Shown: piece by piece, positions 19,133-26,811 of the stretch
How positions within the stretch are numbered: the first letter of the stretch is position 1
How the letters are laid out: each line of letters opens with the position of its first letter
Source of the DNA: an uncultured Ignavibacteriaceae bacterium
GTDB taxonomy: Bacteria; Bacteroidota; Ignavibacteria; Ignavibacteriales; Ignavibacteriaceae
Length of the DNA: 28,022 bases
Direction: 5' to 3'
Assembly: GCA_964430095.1 (NCBI GenBank)
Contig: CAYSGP010000216.1
Span: forward strand, 1-28,022
Notes under the pieces: model-generated
What the model was told of the DNA's origin: nothing
The model's input: only the letters and a program-made list of their open reading frames with translations
The model's database searches: none
Program-made: the position numbers and the translations under genes

Positions 19133-20356
19133 CTATTCCTGATTAAACTTATAATATTTAATCTGCTCACGATGCTTGTTTACTTCATCTTTTATCGGAG
19201 TATTAGAATGTGCACCTGCAACTCTCTCCTTAAGAGTTGGAACTAATTCACATTTGAGAAGAATTATCAATTCTTTCCTGTTAATCGTAATTTCCTCGCT
19301 TCCAAATAAATATCTCAAACCGAAAAACCACCATGGAAGATCCTTAAGTATGGGGATTCCTCTTCGGGAGGTGGTTTCATCATTAATGAATAATCCACCT
19401 ACTATAACTTCTTCACCATTAAGCATAAGCACCTGAGTAGTTGCCGAAGTTTTTTGAATCTGAGTTACTACAGGATCTGGTATATAAGAACTTCTTTCGG
19501 CTTTAATTTCAAGCACAGTATATTCAACCTCATCTTCTGTGTACACATGAGGAGTAACTTCAATGATGGTACCTGTTGAATAGAAATTTTCAATTATATT
19601 TCCTGAAAAATCTCTCTGTTTAATTCCTATATCAACTCCAACTTGAATTCTCCCTATTTGATTATCTCTAACAGTTACATTCGGGCTTGCAATAATTTGT
19701 CCAAGCTGTTCTTTTTCAAAAAATTTGAATATCGCAGTTGCTTCGCCGAAAAAACCACCCAGATCAAAACTTCCAGTGCCTTTAAGTTTGAAATCAGGGG
19801 CTTGCTGTTGATTACCTTGCTCAGAGGTTTCTGTCTTTGTCTCAGGCTCATTAAATAATTCTCCGTTAACATTCAATCCTTGTTTCGAAAAAAGAAACTG
19901 CCAGTCGACCCCTCTTTTTTTGGCTTCATTATCATCCATCTCGAAAAATACTGCTGACAATTTGACTTCCCTGCTGTTAATATCCGCATAAGTTTTTGCG
20001 GTTCTATCTATTTCAATATCATCCTTTTTCTTAACAATTATTACATCTTCTTTCTCTTCATACATCATCCCCTGCATTTGAACCAGGATCAATAAAGCCT
20101 TATCATAAGCCATGTTTTTTATTTCAATCCCTACCGGACTTTCCGAATCAACAGTCGTAACTATTCTTTTCCCGGTTATGCTTTCGCTTACCTTGCTCAA
20201 TAAAGCTATAGCCTGATTGAATGGAAGATTAGGTGACATTGATACCAGTTCATCGGGTCGTGTATATCCTCTCAGGGTTTTTTCGAGTAAATCCTGAGAA
20301 TGAACTGACAGCGTAAAGCTTAATAATAAAATAACGGTTGTTAAGAGTTTTTTCAT
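19133..20356 (-). CDS. pilQ: Type IV pilus secretin (short form)
   Basis: Signal peptide; N0-like domain; secretin core from REVKLSAVFFEM...GVDW; IIASPNVTVRDNQ; GTIIEVTPHV; VLMLNGEEVIVGGL; RGIPILKDLP...LF...RKELIILL. Confidence 0.9.
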   Translation of the reverse strand: MKKLLTTVILLLSFTLSVHSQDLLEKTLRGYTRPDELVSMSPNLPFNQAIALLSKVSESITGKRIVTTVDSESPVGIEIKNMAYDKALLILVQMQGMMYEEKEDVIIVKKKDDIEIDRTAKTYADINSREVKLSAVFFEMDDNEAKKRGVDWQFLFSKQGLNVNGELFNEPETKTETSEQGNQQQAPDFKLKGTGSFDLGGFFGEATAIFKFFEKEQLGQIIASPNVTVRDNQIGRIQVGVDIGIKQRDFSGNIIENFYSTGTIIEVTPHVYTEDEVEYTVLEIKAERSSYIPDPVVTQIQKTSATTQVLMLNGEEVIVGGLFINDETTSRRGIPILKDLPWWFFGLRYLFGSEEITINRKELIILLKCELVPTLKERVAGAHSNTPIKDEVNKHREQIKYYKFNQE

Positions 20357-20371
20357 TTTAAATTCTCACAA

Positions 20372-21259
20372 TTATTTTTTCTTAATATTTTCTTTTTCCA
20401 GGACTAAATCAATTTTTTCAACAATACCGCCCTTATTGATAATAAAGTTCACTTTATTATGATCATAATCAATATTGGTTAGATAACCAAGATAAACAGG
20501 TTCACCTTCCCAAAGCAGGTATGTATTTCCTTTTATATCAGAGAGGAAGGCGCCTTCAGGTATAAGTGCAAGCAATTTACCTCCTTGAACATCAAACAAC
20601 TCATCAACATTCGGAGGTATTTCATTTCTAAGCAGCGGATAAAATGCATCATACATTGTCCTTGTACTTAAATCATTTTCAATAAATTCCGCAGTCGAGA
20701 ACCTATCATCTGATGAATAATAAACATGTACCTCCATACTGAAACCCACTAAGAAATTGGGAATCCCCATTTCATCTGTCGCTACCTGGTTTGATAAGCT
20801 AAATGAGGTAATTTTTTTAAGTTCTTTACTTTGTTCGATTGCATAAATAAATTGATAAAGCTCATTATAAGTTGCAGAACCTGTAATTTTATAATTAAAA
20901 TAAAAAAAGTCTTTATCAGGTTTTTGTTCAATATATTCGACGTCTATTTTAGAGGTGGAAGAGAACCCCGCAGTGATATTATTTACGAAATCATAAAATT
21001 TAATAGAGGAAAGATTCTGAGGTATGTTGAATTTTCGCGCTGCTAGAACTGAGTCCAACTCAGAAGCTTTTACTAACAAATTATCATACTGCTGCTTTAA
21101 TTGGGAGGTATTATAATCATTAGCTTTCAATTCTTTTAACTTATCTTGTTTTTCAGACAACTTACCCCTTTGAATAATAAAGGTGTATGCGCCTCCGGTA
21201 AGCAGAATGAAAATTAATAAGCTCAGAAGAGCAAACGTATTTTTTAATTTTCTATTCAT
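20372..21259 (-). CDS. pilO: PilO-like alignment protein with a C-terminal PilP-like domain
   Basis: N-terminal TM, coiled coil, and ferredoxin-like PilO core (ITGSATYNELYQFIYAIE); lies between pilMN and pilQ; about 90 extra C-terminal residues resemble PilP. Confidence 0.7.
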   Translation of the reverse strand: MNRKLKNTFALLSLLIFILLTGGAYTFIIQRGKLSEKQDKLKELKANDYNTSQLKQQYDNLLVKASELDSVLAARKFNIPQNLSSIKFYDFVNNITAGFSSTSKIDVEYIEQKPDKDFFYFNYKITGSATYNELYQFIYAIEQSKELKKITSFSLSNQVATDEMGIPNFLVGFSMEVHVYYSSDDRFSTAEFIENDLSTRTMYDAFYPLLRNEIPPNVDELFDVQGGKLLALIPEGAFLSDIKGNTYLLWEGEPVYLGYLTNIDYDHNKVNFIINKGGIVEKIDLVLEKENIKKK

Positions 21260-22796
21260 CCTTGTCTTTCAAATAACTTGATAAATTATATTGTAAATTA
21301 AACCTGTAAATATTTTTATCTCTAAGATCCTCGGAGAAAATTCCCTTCAATTCAGATACATTGATCGAATACGCAAATTGTGTTAATACACTTTTACTCA
21401 GAGAATATCCTTCAAGATTTACATTTCTATTATCACTGGAAGTTAATCTCGTTGACCATATATTTCCTTTACCTGCAAAGAAATCTGATATATGTGCCAG
21501 ATTTCTAGACCAAACACCAGTGCCCTTTGAAGCAGAGTCTAAAATTGCTTGAGTCTGTCCAAAGCTGCTTATTTTATTTTCCACTGAGGAAATTTTTCCC
21601 AATAATTCCTGATTTTGCCTTAGAAGACCTGAATACTTTATAACTTCCTGGTCCAATGCACTCAGTTTTTTATTATTTAATAGAGCTTGAGTGGTGATAA
21701 AGAATGTAGCAGCAAATAATAACGGTACAATTGCATACCCATGCCAGGCAAATTGAAATGATTTTTGATCTTCCTTTACATACCTGGGAAGAAGATTGAT
21801 CCCTTTATATTCTTCGGCAATTTCCTCGAAGTATTCATTAGCAACTGCAATCGGAATACTAAAAGCAGAAAATGTTTCTTTAATATCACTCCCCAAAGAA
21901 CTTAAATCAAGGTCATCGAATTCTAAGCGGGAAACATTTGCCTCAGGAAAAGTTCCGTAGAAAGAAAGAATCAAATTTTCCGAATCATCTTCACCGCAAA
22001 CTATGATGTTATCCAGCTGTGAGACTCCCCCATTTTCCATTTCAAGCAGAATCTTTGAAAAATAAACATCATAAGTATTTAAATTTATTGTTCCGATATC
22101 CAGGGTTGAACCGATATGCTTGAGTTTTCTTCCGTGAAGAAATATTAATTTACTATATTCTTTACCGATGTAAACAATTAAAGATTGATCATCCGGGAAG
22201 AATTTTTTTCTTTTGGCTACATAATAGGCTAAAGAAATTTCCGCACTTTTGACAGTAGGAATTTTATAATTCCGTTTTCCGTTCAGCTGGGCTAGGGAAT
22301 TAATTAATCTAAAACAGCCGACATCATTACTGAGGAAAACAGATAGAATTGATTTATCTGCTAATTCTATATAGCCAAGACTTTCTTTGTCAACTGAAAT
22401 ATTTTTTGTCTGATATATATCATCAGCAATTTCTTGCGTTAGCTTAACTGATTTACTCTTCTTGGATCCTTCATAAATATGATAAATAATGGAAGGTTCA
22501 GTTAATGCTGGGATAAAGAAAGCTTTATTTAATACGATTCCTCTTAAAGAGGAATTAATTACATTCAAACCGGAAGTATTTACACTCTGTGTCAAGGAAG
22601 CTTGTTTATCGAGTCCTTCGAGCGTTAATTCTTCCCCTTCAATTTTTAATTCCCCAATTCCGTCATCAACCTCCAAGGCAGGCTGAAGAACATCGAAAGA
22701 TATGGTTTTAAGGACTTTTATTTTATCCTTTACTTTTTCTACTGCGGCAATTTTGGTATCATTGCCTTCGCAGTAAACACAAATCAGCTGTCTCAC
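21252..22796 (-). CDS. pilM: PilM-PilN fusion protein
   Basis: Actin-like N-terminal domain, then the PilN signature INLLP (aa 333-337, nt 21786-21800), a TM helix, a coiled coil and a PilN-like C-terminus (VNLEGYSLS). GTG start. Confidence 0.75.
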   Translation of the reverse strand: MRQLICVYCEGNDTKIAAVEKVKDKIKVLKTISFDVLQPALEVDDGIGELKIEGEELTLEGLDKQASLTQSVNTSGLNVINSSLRGIVLNKAFFIPALTEPSIIYHIYEGSKKSKSVKLTQEIADDIYQTKNISVDKESLGYIELADKSILSVFLSNDVGCFRLINSLAQLNGKRNYKIPTVKSAEISLAYYVAKRKKFFPDDQSLIVYIGKEYSKLIFLHGRKLKHIGSTLDIGTINLNTYDVYFSKILLEMENGGVSQLDNIIVCGEDDSENLILSFYGTFPEANVSRLEFDDLDLSSLGSDIKETFSAFSIPIAVANEYFEEIAEEYKGINLLPRYVKEDQKSFQFAWHGYAIVPLLFAATFFITTQALLNNKKLSALDQEVIKYSGLLRQNQELLGKISSVENKISSFGQTQAILDSASKGTGVWSRNLAHISDFFAGKGNIWSTRLTSSDNRNVNLEGYSLSKSVLTQFAYSINVSELKGIFSEDLRDKNIYRFNLQYNLSSYLKDKDE

Positions 22797-24068
22797 TTAT
22801 ACCGCCGATAATAGTTGTTGAATTCTTGTTTTATTATTTGCAAATGCAACAGCATTTTCTAATGTCACTTTTTTATTTAAGTATAGTCTCTTCAAATCCT
22901 GTTCCATTGTAATCATTCCCATCTGTCCGCCTTGATTCATCATCATGTATATTTCGCTTGTAGTATTGTTTTTTATGGCTGCTTTTACACTAGGGGTGAC
23001 TACTAAAACTTCTTTAGCGAGAATTATTTTTCCGTCTACCCCTGGAACTAATTTCTGTGATACAATAGAAATCAAAACATCTGCCAAGCGGTTTCTTACT
23101 CTTTCCTGCTCGTTGGGATGAACTTCAGCTACAATCCTATCTATTGATTCTACAGCGGATGATGTATGCAATGTAGAAAATACTTTATGACCGGTATCTG
23201 TTACCTCTAATGCAGCCATAATTGTATCAGGATCTCTCATTTCACCAATAACAATAACATCCGGATCCTGTCGTAAAGCTTGTACAATTCCGTCTTTAAA
23301 TGAGAGAACATCTTTCCCTACTTCTCTATGCTTTATTATGCATTTATTGGATTTATGAACATATTCAATCGGGGAAGCTATTATTACAACATGAGCGGGA
23401 TCCACTTTATTATGCGCATCAATTATTGCATCGAGCGTTGTTGATTTTCCCGAACCAGTTATACCTGTTATTAAAGAGAGTCCGAATTTGATGTACATAT
23501 GGCTCATGGCTCTTATGACATTTTGATGAAAGTCGTATGATTCTAAAGTGCGAACACCTTGATTAATAGCTCTCATGTTAAGTGCAAGTGTATCCAGATC
23601 ATAGTATGCGTCTGCTCTGAAACGAATATCAATTTTTTTCCTTTCATATAAAAAAGAATAGCTGAAATCAAGATTTCTTGTAACTGTTAGATATTTTCTC
23701 TGGTTGGCATTTAAAAGATTTATTAACACTACTGCAGATTCATCTTCCGAAAATTGCGGCAGGTCGTAAGCCCTTTCTTTTTTTCCATAAATTCTGAACC
23801 AAACAAAGCCTCCATTTCCGTGTCCGCCTATTTCAATATCAGAAGCTTCTCTTTCAACCATGCTGGTGAGCAGTCTATTGAAATAATTTTTAAGAAGAAT
23901 TCTTTCATCTGCTTTCAACTTCTCTATATTTTCAATAATAAAGGAGATACGTTCGGGACCATAATAAAATTTTGGAATTGTATTCACAAAATTCTGGAGA
24001 GTAGTTTTTACATCATTAATGGATATAGTTTCCTTCTGCTGAATAGGTTTCACACTTGGAGTCGCCAC
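22797..24068 (-). CDS. pilT: PilT/PilU family type IV pilus retraction ATPase
   Basis: Walker A GITGSGKST; SPIEYVH; HREVGKD; ALRQDPDVIVIGEMRD; TGHKVFSTLH; ISIVSQKL; GMITMEQDL. PilT versus PilU is not resolved. Confidence 0.85.
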   Translation of the reverse strand: MATPSVKPIQQKETISINDVKTTLQNFVNTIPKFYYGPERISFIIENIEKLKADERILLKNYFNRLLTSMVEREASDIEIGGHGNGGFVWFRIYGKKERAYDLPQFSEDESAVVLINLLNANQRKYLTVTRNLDFSYSFLYERKKIDIRFRADAYYDLDTLALNMRAINQGVRTLESYDFHQNVIRAMSHMYIKFGLSLITGITGSGKSTTLDAIIDAHNKVDPAHVVIIASPIEYVHKSNKCIIKHREVGKDVLSFKDGIVQALRQDPDVIVIGEMRDPDTIMAALEVTDTGHKVFSTLHTSSAVESIDRIVAEVHPNEQERVRNRLADVLISIVSQKLVPGVDGKIILAKEVLVVTPSVKAAIKNNTTSEIYMMMNQGGQMGMITMEQDLKRLYLNKKVTLENAVAFANNKTRIQQLLSAV

Positions 24069-24100
24069 TTTTTCCCTTTCTTATTTCTTACTTAATTCTA

Positions 24101-24116
24101 TGCTATAAGTATGCCA
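24101..24116 (-). promoter_or_regulatory. Candidate sigma54 (-24/-12) promoter upstream of pilT
   Basis: Minus strand TGGCATACTTATAGCA: GG-N10-GC spacing, perfect TGGCA, and TAGCA versus consensus TTGCA. The predicted +1 near 24090 is about 22 nt before the GTG start at 24068. Confidence 0.6.
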
Positions 24117-24305
24117 ATTTTTAGTAAAAATGAATGAACAAATAGCAAATTTTAACTTTTATTTAAGATTGTTTTGAGGGAAATAGAAGGAAAAAATTAA
24201 GGTATATAGTGATTAGAAAATCAATAACAATTGATAATCTTAAACACTAAATACCTTTTCAATTTTCAAACAAACAGGTACTGTGGTTAAATGTATTTTT
24301 ATTTC

Positions 24306-25562
24306 TTATTCATACCATGAAAGAATTTCAAACTTGTTTGTACCAGGGAAATATGGAGGAGAGATGGTCATAAATCTTTCATCGTATATATATCTTTTTG
24401 AATACCCATGCACCATTTGCTGTGTAGAACTGTTAAACTGACCAACAGGCTTTCGCTCATGCTGGATTAATCCTCCGAATAGATTAATTGCACCGCAAGA
24501 TGATGGTGACCTGTCATCATAATCTTCAGCAGTAAATCCTTTTTCTGTATAAATTGAACCATGTATATTAATGTTTTTAGTTGCTGTAGAATTCGTAATA
24601 GTTACATCCCCCTTTGCTACAATTCCCAGCATGTCTTGCGTTTTATCATTGTATACTATATCGTCATCAATCCAAACACCCGCAGTTGTTCCGATAGAAT
24701 AATCTCCTTTTAGAGTACCTTTTAATCTAACATCTATAGGCGTTCCATATCTATCTGTGGCATCAACAAAAATAACTCCGTTGGAACTTAAATCTGATGT
24801 TTTTACAGTTGCTTCTGTAACCCTATCATACCATGTATTGCTGACCTTTTCTCTCCAGTTATATTTATAATACACAGAATCTTGCTTAAATGTCAAATAA
24901 AATGTTTCATAACGAGTGGTGCTATTCGATTGTAAATTAAAAAGCTTACCGCCATTATTTACTGCATCCTCTCTTAGGTTACTTACCCCATCGGTTGGCA
25001 TAGGGCAATCTCCTAAATCATAACCCCCTAAAAACTGAGGATTGTCAGATGGTGATTTCTTTACTACACCCAGTTTAGTAGTAACTCTACCAAAGAAAAC
25101 CGGTTTACCACTTACATATAATTTATCCTGCGTATGAAATGGTCCCCAGCAGGTATCTTTTGACATCCAGTAAATTGTACCATTTTTATCTTCATCTTCA
25201 CAAAAATATGCATACTTAGAAAACTTACTTGGTGCAATTATCATCTGAACTCTGCTTGTACATGAATCATATCTTCCAATAGTTGTTACTATTTTGCGTT
25301 CACCGTCCTGTTCAACTGTTGTTTCAAATGTCCCACCATTATATGACGTTTCCACGAATCCGGAATCCCACTCCGGATTAAATGATATTTTTGCTGCAGC
25401 CAAGTTTGCAGCACTTACTGCTATCTCATGAGAAACTGTGTTGGTGTAATACCTTACAGAATTCTGAACAGATCTTGTTGAAACATCCCCAAGATTTCTC
25501 CCCATGATTAGGAAGATAACACTAAATGACATTACTAAGAAAAGAATGGCTTTCCCGCTCAT
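24306..25562 (-). CDS. PilX-like minor pilin with a large C-terminal domain (DUF4900-like)
   Basis: GGAGG SD; N-terminal hydrophobic helix followed by SHEIAVSAANLA; FSKYAYF, GPFHTQD, LGIVAKGDV, NLFGGLIQ and GYSKRYIYDERF...PPYFP are typical of PilX-like proteins in pilus clusters. Confidence 0.65.
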   Translation of the reverse strand: MSGKAILFLVMSFSVIFLIMGRNLGDVSTRSVQNSVRYYTNTVSHEIAVSAANLAAAKISFNPEWDSGFVETSYNGGTFETTVEQDGERKIVTTIGRYDSCTSRVQMIIAPSKFSKYAYFCEDEDKNGTIYWMSKDTCWGPFHTQDKLYVSGKPVFFGRVTTKLGVVKKSPSDNPQFLGGYDLGDCPMPTDGVSNLREDAVNNGGKLFNLQSNSTTRYETFYLTFKQDSVYYKYNWREKVSNTWYDRVTEATVKTSDLSSNGVIFVDATDRYGTPIDVRLKGTLKGDYSIGTTAGVWIDDDIVYNDKTQDMLGIVAKGDVTITNSTATKNINIHGSIYTEKGFTAEDYDDRSPSSCGAINLFGGLIQHERKPVGQFNSSTQQMVHGYSKRYIYDERFMTISPPYFPGTNKFEILSWYE

Positions 25563-25574
25563 TTTTTTTCCTCC

Positions 25575-26189
25575 TTATCTTTTTAAATTTTGCACCGATA
25601 GGCGTATCTGCCTCCAGAAAACTTGGGATTGGGTACTATCATAATGCTCCGGATCGTAAGCGTATACATTTTCAACCGCAACATCTATCATCATTCTTTG
25701 AGCACCTTCAACCGGATAATCAGTTAATTCGGTGCCGAGTCCGTCAAAGTAACGAAGACGGAAATGCGTAACCCCGAGATTAATACGGACTGGGGTTTCA
25801 TTATTTATTACACGATACAAATATTTATCTCTGGGATTCGGAGTACTCAATAGTTCAGATGTAGGCCCCGTATAGTAATCTACTGTTTCCCATCCAAAAT
25901 CTTCATCAATATCTGCTTTAAATCTAATATGAGTTGAATCTGCCAGCAGTATTATATCAGAAAGTTTAGTTACTGTAGCGATCTGATCCAGGTCGCTGGA
26001 ATAGCCGATTTTTCTAAAATCATATTCAATAACAGACACGACGGCAGCAATGTTTTCCTGTGCAATTAATTCGCCCGTATTGTTATAAACATTTTCAGTT
26101 CCTGCATCATTGAGACGGAATAACAATAACATTACTATTCCTCCAATTATCATGGAACCGATTACATCAATTAATGTAGTGAATCCCAT
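25575..26189 (-). CDS. PilW/GspJ-like minor pilin
   Basis: Start reassigned to ATG 26189 (GGAGG SD): MGFTTLIDVIGSMIIGGIVMLLLF pilin-like helix; IEYDFRKIGY resembles the 'l..DlR.aGy' segment of PilW-type pilins. Confidence 0.65.
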   Translation of the reverse strand: MGFTTLIDVIGSMIIGGIVMLLLFRLNDAGTENVYNNTGELIAQENIAAVVSVIEYDFRKIGYSSDLDQIATVTKLSDIILLADSTHIRFKADIDEDFGWETVDYYTGPTSELLSTPNPRDKYLYRVINNETPVRINLGVTHFRLRYFDGLGTELTDYPVEGAQRMMIDVAVENVYAYDPEHYDSTQSQVFWRQIRLSVQNLKR

Positions 26190-26197
26190 TATTCCTC

Positions 26198-26701
26198 CTA
26201 CCTTAAAAACCAATAACTGAAAATTGAGCTTAATTGTATGACATCTCTCATATAATCACTAGTTATGGTAACAGTAATCATTTTATTAAATGTTTTACCG
26301 GAAGCAGGTATTGTTGGATTATTTTCATTAACATAAACAACTCTGCAGGTAACGTTAAAAACGGCAGAAGGAAGAGTTTTAACAGTATCATGCCATCCGT
26401 TATAATCATCAAAATCATCAAAAGTATAAGCCGAATCCGGGTTTTCACCGTCGTCATAACCAATAGTGGAAAATAAATCCTTATTTTTAATTTCTCCGAT
26501 TGTAGAATCTGTTGTTATCTTATCAAATTTTAAATTTCTCGCTTCCTGGATTACTGATGTTGCAATTGAGGTAGCTAAGAATATATACTTTGATTGATCC
26601 AATACTTCATCGGAGGCCATAAAAGTACTATTTACTCTCATAACTATGGTTGAAAGTAAAATCATAGCTCCAATGGCTAAAATCATCTGACCCGTATTCA
26701 T
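26198..26701 (-). CDS. PilV/GspI-like minor pilin
   Basis: MNTGQMILAIGAMILLSTIVM hydrophobic N-terminus; ATSIATSVIQEARNLKFD; KMITVTIT near the C-terminus; first of three pilin-like genes after pilB. Confidence 0.6.
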   Translation of the reverse strand: MNTGQMILAIGAMILLSTIVMRVNSTFMASDEVLDQSKYIFLATSIATSVIQEARNLKFDKITTDSTIGEIKNKDLFSTIGYDDGENPDSAYTFDDFDDYNGWHDTVKTLPSAVFNVTCRVVYVNENNPTIPASGKTFNKMITVTITSDYMRDVIQLSSIFSYWFLR

Positions 26702-26811
26702 AACAATAGTTCCCTTCTATATGTTAGAATTATAATAACCATTTCGTTTTTATTGTGATTATTCTTTCCAAAATTTATATTCTAAAGCAGATGTCTTTGT
26801 ACACATATTCC

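Noticed and set aside
26190-26213. Track start MVFKVGGI for the PilW-like gene, which would supply a Lys-containing leader
   Set aside because: TTG start inside the upstream gene with no SD, whereas ATG 26189 has GGAGG at a good spacing. It would matter only if N-terminal data supported it.
9651-26701. Idea that the cupredoxin and pili form an extracellular electron-transfer (nanowire) system
   Set aside because: No major pilin or CxxCH cytochrome in the window, and the genes are in separate transcription units; proximity alone is not evidence.
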